Shown here: positions 37,301 through 49,094 of the stretch, piece by piece
Layout: each line of letters opens with the position of its first letter
Position numbering within the stretch: position 1 is the stretch's first letter
Source: Phoronis australis
Lineage: Eukaryota > Animalia > Phoronida
DNA: 64,000 bases
Direction: 5' to 3'
Assembly: GCA_002633005.1 (NCBI GenBank)
Contig: NMRA01000421.1
Location: forward strand, 76,171 to 140,170
The notes under the pieces: model-generated
Seen by the model: the letters and a program-made list of their open reading frames with translations, nothing else
Database searches by the model: none
What the model was told of the DNA's origin: nothing
Program-made: the position numbers and the translations under genes

Positions 37301-37859
37301 TGGCACAGCCAGCAAGCGGTGTAAACCAGATACCGTCATCCATTGTTAACTTGATAGAACTTTCATTTCTAACGGTAATATTAAGTCCACACAGCGATTC
37401 TGGGAAACTGTCAACAAAAGACGACTGAAAACGAATGTCGTAAGTTCCATTAGTACGGCTTGAAGAAACACGACATGGACTTAGTTTTCTTGGAGTGTAT
37501 TTCAAAAGAAACACTACCGGCGACGCGGCTCCGTTTGGATGAAATGAAATGTTGAAGTCACCTGTTATACCAATCGAAAGAATTGGCGACCTTTCAGCGC
37601 ACTGCCGTGGTCTAATTACCATATGGACCTTCTCGCTATCAATGCGGAGCAGTACGAGATGACATTCAGTAATGTTTTCGATTTCAAATTCATAGATGGT
37701 AAGAAAAGTCTCTCGCGAAACTTCAGATGTAACAGCCCAGAGTGTTACTTCGTTTTTGAGCGTTGAAGGAGCTCCGTAACCGCCAGTGATTACACTCTCT
37801 TGAGCACGTACGTGCACATCGTGCATAAATAAAAGCAAGACTGCCCAGACAGAGTACAT
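34378..37859 (-). CDS. Coding exon 1 of a GRL101-like LRR-GPCR: signal peptide, CUB-like domains, two C-type lectin-like domains, first LDLa repeat
   Basis: 1161-aa ORF with a hydrophobic N-terminus (MYSVWAVLLLFMHDVHVRA). CUB-like segments at aa ~157-242 (CGLNITV...MVIYNG...YC) and ~411-515 (CVWRF...LRITFFELNL...CSYEGLFLFDG...GPYCG). CTL-like domains at aa ~800-964 (CYKI...SWHSARQKC...FIGL...W...C...W...PC...IC) and ~988-1108 (CPEGW...RC...). LDLa CSSTQGQCNDGSC...CDGVMDCRNGEDEVNC. Ends at splice donor TTC AA|GTAAGT (GT at 34377-34376). Confidence 0.93.
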
Positions 37860-38624
37860 AGTCGAACGATGAGAACTTTAGCAACTGCGATTACCTGTCT
37901 GTAACTAATCAGCTTAAACGTAATACAGGGTAGCCCAAACACTCACCATTGTGCTTCCCGGTAGATTGTTCTAAGAAACGCACTGTAGTTAGACCACGCC
38001 CACCATGGACATGGATTAGAAGTCATTCAGCTGCAAATCAAATTTGGTGGAAATCTCCAGCAAGCGCCCTTCTAAAACAGATTTTTGGCGATGTTTTCCG
38101 TGTGATATTTCACCAAAATCATCATCGAGTGGAGTCAAACAACACCAAATAGGCTCCGGCCACAGCGGTATTTCTGCGATTCCAAGGATTAAATTCACTC
38201 ACTTGAAATGAACCTCATTCCGGTGTTGGCCGTTCAAGCAGTTAGGTATCATGTTCCTCGGTATAATGGTTTTGTACTACACTCTAACTTCAGTAACAAA
38301 TTAAGGTGCACTATTCAGTTATTCCGATGCATAGTTGTCTCCTCGGTGATCAGTCAACGTTGTTGGTGTCACCCGTGGTCTAAGCGGAAAACAAGGGTGT
38401 TGGGTAGTGAGAGAAGAAACGTTGCTGTAAATCACATGTTCGGTCAGTCACATTTATTCTACGTTCCTGAATTTTAGCCTAATTGACACCAGGTGCTAGT
38501 AAAAAGCATATTATTCGCAAAACATCATGAAGAGGGTTTATTTAAATTTCGACTCGTTTTTCTGACGTAGCCCGCAGGTACGTCTCAAGGCTTTCATTCA
38601 GCAGATCGTGAGATCAGTCACATG

Positions 38625-39390
38625 TCGACAGTGCTTTGGCATGTTCTGTAGGGGATCCAAGCCAATTGGAAACCACATTTCTGTTTTTTTTTAACACAGA
38701 GGAAGATCGAGAAAGTTCGTGGAGTTTCGTTCTCCGTTCCCTGATTGTCTGGAATCGAACACTTTGTTGACATATCGGAACTATCTCATTGTCAAACTAG
38801 ATGGAAATTGTAATATGGTGATAAAACGAAGTCTTGCCAGCCCCCTCCCCCATGTCAACGGTATTGTGATTCTCTATACAAGGGTAGATTGACTCATAGT
38901 TTAACCTTGGTCACAACACGCGTCGGAACTGGATTATTTCAAAATAAAGAGGAACAATAATAAAATGCAGGTCTTGAGTAATCCAAGAAATTTATACTAT
39001 TATAACNTCGACAGTGCTTTGGCATGTACTGTAGGGGCTCCAAGCCAATTGGAAACCACATTTCTGTTTTTTTTTTAACACAGAGGAAGATCGAGAAAGT
39101 TCGTGGAGTTTCGTTCTCCGTTCCCTGATTGTCTGGAATCGAACACTTTGTTGACATATCGGAACTATCCCATTGTCAAACTAGATGTAAATTGTAATAT
39201 GGTGGTAAAACGAAGTCTTGCCAGCCCCCTCCCCCATGTCAACGGTATTGTGATTCTCTATACAAGGGTAGATTGACTCATAGTTTAACCTTGGTCACAA
39301 CACGCGTCGGAACTGGATTATTTCAAAATAAAGAGGAACAATAATAAAATGTAGGTCTTGAGTAATCCAAGAAATTGATGCTATTATAAC
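38625..39390. repeat. ~382-bp direct duplication separated by a single N (probable assembly overlap)
   Basis: 38625-39006 is nearly identical to 39008-39390, with N at 39007 and a handful of substitutions. Confidence 0.9.
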
Positions 39391-39618
39391 CTGGACCTGG
39401 TCTGCTCATCCACGTAAAAAAGACGTCTCCGAGGATCTGGGAGCCAAGATAAATACAGTGTAGCAAACTAGGTTCAAATATTGAATGCATTAAAGAGGAA
39501 CGCTGCCTTCAGTGTTTTCAGGATACTATACCCGGTTTCGGACTATTGACAAGATGGCAATGACTTTCCCATCAAGTTTTCCAATGTCAAATACAGCTGT
39601 GTAACCCCCGTTAACCCC

Positions 39619-39951
39619 GGATTGTTCTAAAAACCCCTCGAACCCAACACCCCATAAATCCACGATACCTCGACCAACAACCCCCTCGATCCACGACCCC
39701 CTCAACCCACGACCTGTTGCATTAGATGTATCTTAGTGCTTTTTATACATTTCCAGCCGAGCTCACGGCCCGACTCGTTTTTCCTGCAAGTCAACAATTG
39801 TTCCATGTTCAGATCAAGTCGAGCTTGTGTAGAATGGGTCGAGGTGGTTGTGGGAAGTAGGTAGTGAGTCGTTAGTCGAGGGCATCTTGCGTCGAGGGTC
39901 GTGGGCCGGGGGTTGTGGGGTGTGGGGGTCAAGAAGATTTTAGAACAATAT
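39619..39951. mobile_element. Palindromic MITE
   Basis: TIR core ATTGTTCTAAAA ... TTTTAGAACAAT, with C-rich/G-rich inverted subterminal repeats (CCCTCGA/TCGAGGG). Flanked by GTTAACCC(C/T) on both sides (7-9-bp TSD depending on end placement). Confidence 0.75.
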
Positions 39952-42900
39952 GTTAACCCTAAATGTATGGGGTGACTTTTGAAAACTCATTACAACGTGT
40001 GACTTTCTATTTAAGTGAGTTACGCGACAGCTGAAGGGAATGTCTATCCATGAACCACTATAATTTCCACTCTCACATACTGATAATGAGTTTTTAGTTC
40101 AATCCTGATTTTGCCAATGGTGTCTGAGCAAAGCTCATAACAAGAATTGGTTCAAGTCACCAAAATAAGGTTTAGTTTCCTTCTAAAGCGTTTTGTTCAA
40201 TGTGACCTGAATTCACTACTAATTACAAAGTATATTTTGAACATTCAAGTCGATTTACTTTTTCACAAATGCCGCAGAATGAGAAAAATTAATGAAATAT
40301 TCACAAAATATAGTAGCAATGAGGGCTAAAGTGTGTTTCAGGTAGAAGTAGAAATGTTTTCGATTGTGTTATTGCGTGTTTTAATATTTCACTGAAGCGA
40401 GTAATTTGATTCCGATCACTTTCCCAGGAAAGCGAGGCTGACGTTAGTTTGTTTCTTATTCTGGTCATAATGAGAATAGAGGTAATGGGTTGAGAGATCT
40501 TAAGAGAAAATGGAAAATTCTAAATAGTATTTGGCATACAAAATAACACGAGTGAATAAAGCAAATAATTTCAAGCCACATTTGTCGCTGTTTAGCTATC
40601 AATAATGGTCGCCATTATAATAATAAAGGTGATAATATGCTGCTTGTGGTAGGAAGTCGAAACCTCTTCTATGTATTAGATGGGATCTGTAGGTGGCGCT
40701 GATCGCTCTCTGGTGGGTGTGATAATTTTAGTATTGTGCGGCTATTTCGAAAGTCAGCTCTTCACAGGCGAAACCTACATGCGGCACTTCTAATTCCACG
40801 GTTTTAGAGTTAGTCAAACGAAGTAAAGTCCGAAGCGGTTTCTTGTGTCGCAAATGCTTTTGGAGTTATTGTTGGTAACGGAAATAGAATCCTATTACGA
40901 CATTACAATATAAGGTCCAAATCGATTTTCGACTGAAGCTTTAGTAAGTCACTGTGTAAACCAAATAACTGGTTCGACAACGAGTTCCATAACATTAGAA
41001 TAAATGCTGATTACACAAATCATAAAGAATTACACAATAATATTAATAGCCAAAAATACCAAGTCATTAAATCTGTTCCCTTTCAAATAGATACAAATGA
41101 AAGGATGTTAACATATTCATTTACAATGTTTAATACTCAAACCTGATTGTGCCAAGCCAAATGCAACAGATAAACTGTACCATGCTTGTCAAACAACACT
41201 TTTAAATTTAATTGTACCAGTATGCCTCGTGATGTGTTACTCTGTACAGCGATGGAAATATTTGCCACCTGCTGTTAAGGTGAGACAAACGTACGTATCA
41301 ATTTTCCTTTCAAATTAATTGATATGTAGTACATGTATGCGTGCAGACGTCCTTGACATCAATGGATCATTAATTACCGGCGACAGAGAATTCCAATCTT
41401 CTTGGAATGAAGCCATCACGATAATTAATCACACACCTATGTCTGACACTAATTAAAATATAATTATTTTCATTAACCAAATGTCCATCTGAAACTCGTT
41501 CAGCGCTCAAAACCGAAATGTTTGTGATTCCATACAGTAACGTAATCCTGAAAGATGACGCATAATCGGGTTTTTGTAAAGTTTAACTTATTTCTTATCC
41601 AGTGAAGAAAGTAATGAAAGTTATTTGGTATACATTAGCAAGGCATGATCAAAATTCGAGTATAAGTTTCCTGAAAGTGTCCAAAGTTTTAAATTCTGCC
41701 ACGTTGTGGAAATCATGAATTCGTTTCGTACAACTCTAATGCTTGACCCATAAATAACGCATTTAAAAATTTAAGGGAATAATAAAAATTAAAGCGAAAA
41801 TTTTGTACAGGGTGTCTCAAACACAAGTTATTTTTGATTTACAAAAGCATTTGCGGCTTGGCACCTGGGACGTAATTTCTGAAAGGAGTGGCGAGTGTGT
41901 GGCATCCCATAATAAGTTGGGTCTAGTGAGAAAAGGTTGGGTGAGAGAGGAACATGTTGAGCAAAGAAGATCATTCAAATAATAAGTATTCCAAATTTGA
42001 GAGTATCGAAAATAGAAGTATCATGTGGATTCGTCATGCCTGTGATTAATTTTTCTTACCCTTTAACAGCGGGGTTTTTTACCATTTGTGAGGTGTTGCC
42101 ATTTTTCCTCAAAATATTTATTTTTATGTGGTATTCTGCATAAAATGGAAAGAGGCACTGTTTCACTCGAGGGCACAGTCTACTAGGGTGCACGGCCATT
42201 AGCGTGATAACATGTCAATCTCGTGCCACATTCACGAGCCTTTCCTACAAGTTGGGTTCAAATCAACTCGTTTCATCATTACATCAGTGATTGTTCTCGA
42301 AGCAAGACTGCTGTGAGAAAGTAGGAGATAATGCAATTCTTAATCACACTCGTTTCCGTGAATAACATGATTAAAGTTTTGGGAGATTTCAATGAATCTC
42401 GTTATAGAGGTGCATGTACACATATTGCGTAATATTGTGCTTGACACAGTCGTAGTTAGAGCAACTTCGCTAATGAAAATTACTTTGAAATTAGATCGTG
42501 TTTTTCCGGTGATGTTCGTTCACGTTGTCATCAAACATCGAACCTTCTTACCACGTACACAGCAACAGAACAAAATCATTGATAACTCATCTTGATCGCT
42601 GTCCCCATAAGTAATCGAAACTGTTTCATCGCACGCTCACATAGATGTTAACGTCCAATTTCCAAAAACGCTTTACGCTATACAAAATAAAGAACTTAAG
42701 GTCTGACTTTACTTTTCTTGAAAAGTTTAACCAATGATTGATTGAGGTAATCCATAGTCTTACAACAATTGCCTTTCTTAACAATGGGCAATGAATGACC
42801 AGACTACTTTATTCAATGGGCAAGGTAAAACACTTGGTAAATATCATGGTCATCCCTGCCAACCTGCGATCTAGAACGACCGGAAAGCGATCGAGAAGGA

Positions 42901-44808
42901 AATTTGGCGCGAGAAGCGAAGCCAGGCAAGGTGAGTAAATTTGATGAATTTTCGTTGTTTTTACTTCAAATGTGAAAACAGAGACATGACTTCAAGGCGT
43001 AACACATTTAGGAAGGACAGGTAGAGATTTAGGCTAGTGTCTCCCAATTATAGGAGAAACGTTACGTTGACCGAGGCATCGCTTAAGCCGAAGGTGATTT
43101 GTATGTCATTTTGGCAAATTGCCGTTATTTTTGATACTAAATCAATAAATTGACCATGATGGAGTTATGAGGAAATGACATGTGAAAATAAAACGCAAGG
43201 CTTGTTTTTTGTAGTTTTGTCAGGATCTCTGATATTTCGACGCTTTTCTGTTGAAAGATGCGATCGAGAACGCAACGATAAGCGATCGGGAACGTAAATT
43301 TGTGTTTGTTTATGCGATCAGGAACGCATTGTGGTGTGTCGAACAGTAATGAACTTTTTGATTATAAAACGTGAAAGGGGTTACAAAATAAGTGTGGTGC
43401 AATGAATTAATCACATTTTGTTTCGTTACTGTGTGACTTTCGTATCAAAACTGAACAACAACATAGCATATTTCCATTAAATTGCCATGAGCACTACATG
43501 TACATCAAGCATAATTTTAGTTTCTCAAAAAAATTTGTTCTCATTTCAGGAAACAAGTTCACTGTTAATGTGAGGCGAGCTTCAACGAACATGTTACCCA
43601 CGACGTGAAGGTACACTCGACCAGGGTTTTGAAAAGTACAGGCCAGGAATCTACTTTAAGACCAAACACCTCAGAACAAGGGTTTCTAAACTGAAGACTC
43701 ACCCAGGAGTTGTTCCATGTGGCCTGTCAGCCACGGGTAAACAAATTGTTGCACCACCGAGATGAAAGCGAGTGTTGAATATTCTTGTAACATTGTGGCA
43801 GCAAACGGAAAAAAACAAATAGCCAGTGAAGTCAAAGAATGATGATGAGCTTGCCCATGGGGAGAGAGGTGAGCGCGGCAACACTTCTCGAGATGATTCA
43901 AAGATTCTCACTCATAATCGTCTGGGATCAAAAAATGGCCAGAAGTTGTGTAAACTGGTGTGCTGATAAAACGGTTGGGATTTTACTTGATGTTTTACTG
44001 ATAACATCGATACAGAGGTGAACAGATTGACTTGTGGCACCGTGTGGCTTGAATGTACGTTGTTTTTGACTCTTCTGTTTGTAGTATCGGTCCTAAGTTC
44101 ACCTGTATCATCAGTTCATGACATCGAGTTTAATGTGACATTGAAAAAGTTTGAGAGTTATACTACACATACTATATTGTGATTTTCTAAAACGTAGTCA
44201 TCATATTGTCATTAACGTCCGTTCAACTACACACTGTAGTTATTTACATAGAAAATCAACAATATTGTAGCATTTCTATTATAATATTAATCTTTTATCA
44301 CACGTACCTCAAAATTGGTGTTACAAAAATATATAAATTTATTTATAGGGAAATCAACAAAACAAATCCATTGAACATTTCTAACGAATTACTTTTGGAA
44401 TGTATTAGACTAAATCATTACTGAATCATAGGCAATGTATTTAGGACTGATTGATAGTATAACAGTCTCTCACAGGAAATCAACAACAACATGAAAGCAG
44501 TTTCTACAATAATCATAGACATATATTTTCATTTAAAGTACTCATTGGTCAGAGCAATTGTATGTAAGTATTGCCCAATGACACTTAGTATGGCCATTTA
44601 AGTCTACCTAAACACTACAAAAATGTACTGGTTCTGTTAAATATCCTTTTGAAATAACACAAATATACATGTAGGAAGAAACTTGAGGAAAAAAGATTAA
44701 AAACAAAACGTCAAAATACTATCAGATCAGATAACTACCAACCACAGACTTTGTAAATCTGAATAAACTATAGTGACTTATCAACCTTCAGCACTAGATT
44801 TAATGATT

Positions 44809-46266
44809 TCATTCATGACGTTTCTGCTTGCTATGCCTGTAGAAGGAGGCACACTGTTTGCATGGCATGCCACATTCACTACAAAAAGGAGTGTCCTCGT
44901 GCTGTGACGCAGTATCGCATCAGGCTTACTCTTTCCGTGAGATGTTGATCACAGATAAGACACTGCATCGACCTGGGCCCGGTCTCTAATCTTTGTACTC
45001 GAAACGAACTCGAAACTATTTTTGGCAATTTCTCTGCTCCTTTTGTGCGAACTTAAGATAATTGGTTATCAGACTGTGCTCGAATACATTATAGTTTATG
45101 CATAGGAGTTCTAGTTCAAGTTTGCCCTTGAAGACCCTTGTATTCGTGCTACAAACTCGAGTAAAAACTCGAAATTTCGAGTTCAAACTCGAACTTATTG
45201 CTTTAATATTGGGTTTACAAACTGTAAACTAAGGGCAATAAATTATCTACGTAAGTTATTGTGTACTGGAGCATAGAATAATAGACACTTATCTTGATTT
45301 CGCCCAAAAGTACAGTAGAAAATGCCAAACCTAATTTCGAGTTCCGTTTCGAGTAAAAAGATTGGAGACCGGGCCCTGGTTCGTGAGCACGATGCTTCAT
45401 GCTGTGTTTTACTATATTGGCAAAAAACCTTTTGACGCATGCAACGCGTCAGTCACAGGGCTGGTAAAGGTCTTGCGTTGTTGTAGTGTCACTGTATTTT
45501 ATTGCAATGTGGTCATACTAAGTCGATTTTTAGTTCCTGGACGAGGCTACACAACACACACACACACACACTCCGTTGTGACACGCAGCAGTTGTACTAC
45601 TCTTTTTTGAAGGCGTGAACGTTAACACCCTGAAAGATTCGTCGTGTGGCTACTTTTCAACTGAAAAAAAATCAAACGCATTCAGTTATGTTTGTTAGAC
45701 TAAATCTCACTTAGAAATAATGAAAAAACGATGAAATGTAATTAATGATTAGTCCATCAACTAATTCAGGCTCCGTATTATTCTAAAATTATTGACATAG
45801 TACCGTAACTTGAACGTCTATTCAGGCCAATGCAGATAAAATATGTACTTTCACGATGACCGCTTTTTTGCGTTCACGATCGCCATAGAGAATTAACGAC
45901 ATCGTTCCCTATCGCCGTCTCACATAAGGACCTGCTTGTATTGGTAAATATTTCAAATTGTTTCACAAATCATAACTAACAAAGGTGTCACCAGGGACGA
46001 TTAAACTATAAACGTCACACGTCTCTTCTTAATAACCCTGGAATTGCTAATAACAAGTAGAAATTGTCGATTTTAAGAGGCGCAAGGCATTTTACCGAAA
46101 GCCATTGCTTTCTGAGCTCATTATTTTAAAAAATAAGCATAAGCCAAGTATTATTTCAGATCCACACACTGACGCTTTTCTGTGTGTAACATTCGTACCA
46201 AAGTTGCCTATATTTAAGCAGAATATGACACTTAAACTCACCGGGTACGTGACTGTCGTCTGCCAT
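44809..46266 (-). pseudogene. Decayed two-exon zinc-finger gene carried by the 42851-46331 element
   Basis: Exon 1 ATG GCA GAC GAC AGT CAC GTA CCC G|GTGAGT (46266-46242); candidate acceptor tgtgtAG at 45547. Remnants LV*PHCNKIQ*HYNNAR, RCMRQKVFCQYSKTQHEASC, QCLICDQHLTERVSLMRYCVTARGH and (after a frameshift) CSECGMPCKQCASFYRHSKQKRH. Removing the Harbinger MITE plus one TSD restores the frame (SCSRTRSMQCLIC). Confidence 0.55.
44976..45375. mobile_element. PIF/Harbinger-like MITE (400 bp)
   Basis: ~40-bp TIRs GGCCCGGTCTC(T/C)AATCTTT.TACTCGAAACG.AACTCGAAA, with 3-bp CTG TSD (44973-44975, 45376-45378). Confidence 0.85.
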
Positions 46267-48831
46267 TTTTGGTGCAAGGTCTCCTTCTCGATCGCCTTCC
46301 GGGCGTTCTCGATCGCGGGTTGGCCGCGGTGATGGTAGAATATCTGAAACCCAACATTCCTCAGAAAAAGAACGGAAACAAATAAATGAAAGCACACCTA
46401 GATCGATTGAAGAACTTGGTTCACAATGAAAACAAGAATACCGGTGTCTAGACCACGACTGAGACATCGGTGATGTGCGGCTATTCTTGACAACAACACC
46501 GATGATGCCTTCAGCAACACAATGCCTGGACACAGGGAAAACAATGACAACAAAACTGCAGATCACAATAAAGTCACACAAGATGAGCGTTCATGATGAG
46601 TTTACCGCGTCTCTTGATCAAATAAAATAAAGTACATTTATCAGGCATTTCCATTTGTCGTCATCGCGAAAATTGTAAATGTATAATCCGTACTATTGCG
46701 TTAGCCTAGCCACTTGTGTACTTCAAACAGACACAAAATGTGGGGCACGGGGATATTTTATTTCAGGTTTGTGACCACCAACGGGCGGTTTTAAATTTGA
46801 GACGACTAGATTGAACCGTGTGGCTTGGTCAAGACTCGCAGGGACAGGGTAGCCTATTACATGTAGTTTCGACCTCGGCGTGTGCATGGATACAGTGGGT
46901 GAGGTTGAGGTCAGTGGATAAACCTTTCCGTAGCTCTGTGAAATGGTGTGGTCGGTGGGTGGTTGTTAATTCAATAACACTCCCATTTCATATTCTTTGG
47001 CAAATATACTTCCTCACTATCCCGTATTCATAAGACAATTCCAGTATCGCATTTGAAGAAAATCTAAAAGTGTATTAGAACACCACTGCGTATGATAACC
47101 GAAGTATCGTGTATTTTTCTTACAAATTACACTTGAATCCAAAACGGTTTATATTTGAAGTAGTGAACTTTCGGAGTAGCAAAAATTTGGAGTTATGGAT
47201 CTTCGGCTGCTCTTGTGTTTATTTGTCTATGAACAAAAGTTCCACATGCAAGAAAGGTATGTTTTCAATTGTAGCTAGCTGGATAAGTACATGTATCTGC
47301 TACATGTATGCACAAGATTCGAGAATTAACAATTATCAGTGTATTTTAAAACAAAAATGGCAAACTGAACAAGCACATACATACAAAGAAACAACATTGC
47401 AATGGAGTCCATAATCAGGCATATCACGTGCTGAATTTCGGAATTAGGTTCAATTCTCTCACTGAGTTTATTGCTGAATGATTGCTTTTCACTTTTTTCA
47501 AAGGTAAAATAGACGGTCAGGCGGTTGGTTTCAGATGTTTTCTCTCTCCTGTAACAGAATAGTCGGAGAAATATTACCAAATTATAAAAGAAAACACCGT
47601 AGACAAAACTACTTTTGTAAGGCAGAACATACTTGACGTTTCATGTTTATGTGTAAAAACTAATAATCCCTATACCCAAGTTTTATTTAATATCTGAATT
47701 AAAATATGTGGAACAGGCTAAAGGGGATTTAACAATGTGCATTTTTCATGACACTTAAAATGTGCTTCTTATCTCAACAAGTAAAATTCATTCTAGGTGT
47801 AAATTTTTATTCCAATGCAATGTTACAACATTCACTGAGTTAAGGCTTATTCATGTTAATTCGGTAACTTACATGTATCTGGTAGTCCTGGGGGTGGGGT
47901 CCGCTATAAAATATGGAAACTCACTCTTCTAGAGAATTTTATTGGACACATCATAGTTTTGAAGAGAAACCGCTGTGAGAAAGTCACCCTTGACTTCTGA
48001 GCGTCATGTACCTTACACCTCTTATATTGGGCGCACTCCCACCCAGGACAATATGAATATGTGCTGCTAGATACCCGGCATCCGAGTCCTGGGTGAGTTT
48101 CCTAAAAGAAACACTTAGCTCCACTCAATAAACCCGTTATTCATCGGGGTAACTGGTGGGGATAACATCACCGAACGATGTCGTTAGAAACTGATTGCTA
48201 AAAACTTACCAAGCAATGTTTTTGTAGTCTCTCAATGGAAATGCATAGTCATACAGTACACAAAGGGCTTCAGCATCCACACACTTTTTATCAGTTGGTT
48301 GACCCTTTTGACCGCAATTGTCCACGAATATAGTAACCTTAGGTCTTTTGGGAATTTGTGGCCACCTGTCGAAGACTTGCACCACAGAAAATAGCAATAA
48401 TAAGGCTTAGCGCGACGACGTATTTTGATATCAATTCCATCTTTTACCAGTTGTTTACATACAGACAGCAACGCATGCGCAATTCAATCACCACTAGTAC
48501 AGCAGCGACACCGCGTGGAGAATTCTCCGAATAGCCTCATTAAGCGGCTTGGTTTACGAAAACGCCAGTAGCCTAGTTTCGGGGTATATCAAACTTCCAT
48601 CGAATCCTCTGCCAAAGTGACCGTAGACACAGTTCACAATAGATAGCTTTGACAACACCGTAAACGACGTGTTAGATTGGCATTCTTTGCTTACTGCGTC
48701 ACAACGTTGGCCAACATTCACTCTTGTCACACAGAGAGTAACAACGGGGAGACAGTTGATCTCGAGTAAGTGTACAGCGTGCGTTTTAATTGCTAATTTA
48801 TCGTAAACGGTTTTGAAATTGGTGCGCCTTT

Positions 48832-49094
48832 TAAAAAAACGATTCATTTAAATCGTCTGGGCTTGACATGTTTCGGCGTTAGTTAAAACACCATCCTCAG
48901 AAGCAAAATAGTGGCCACCTTGTTAGACCCAACAACAAGTGATGATTCTGCTATACATGTGTACTTCTCTGTAACTGACTGTGTATCATTACTTGTTGTC
49001 GGGTCGAGCAATGTGGCCACTGCTTTGCTTCAGAGGATGATAATTTAATAAACCCTGAAACGTGTCAAGCTGATTTAAATCTATCGTTGTTTCT
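48832..49094. repeat. Palindromic element: two ~110-bp inverted arms, each containing a hammerhead motif (right-arm copy degenerate)
   Basis: 48832-48945 is an imperfect reverse complement of 48985-49094. Right arm reads GCTT-CAGAGGA-T...GAAA-CGTG-TC-AAGC at 49027-49070. Confidence 0.8.
48861..48904 (-). ncRNA. Minimal type I hammerhead ribozyme motif (Penelope-like-element type)
   Basis: Minus strand GCUU-CUGAGGA-U-GGUGUU-uuaacu-AACGCC-GAAA-CAUG-UC-AAGC. It has stem I GCUU/AAGC, core CUGANGA and GAAA, a 6-bp stem II, a minimal palindromic stem III (ACAUGU) and a GUC cleavage triplet. Confidence 0.72.

Larger units (their letters stand above)
42851..46331. mobile_element. 3.5-kb non-autonomous TIR DNA transposon with CA(C/T) termini and 5-bp TSD (Transib-like signature; superfamily uncertain)
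   Basis: Left end CATCCCTGCCAACCTGCGATCTAGAACGACCGGAAAGCGATCGAGAAGGA versus reverse complement of right end CACCGCGGCCAACCCGCGATCGAGAACGCCCGGAAGGCGATCGAGAAGGA. ATGGT on both sides (42846-42850, 46332-46336). Internal GCGATCG.GAACG repeats at ~43260-43328 and inverted at ~45870-45915. Confidence 0.8.
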
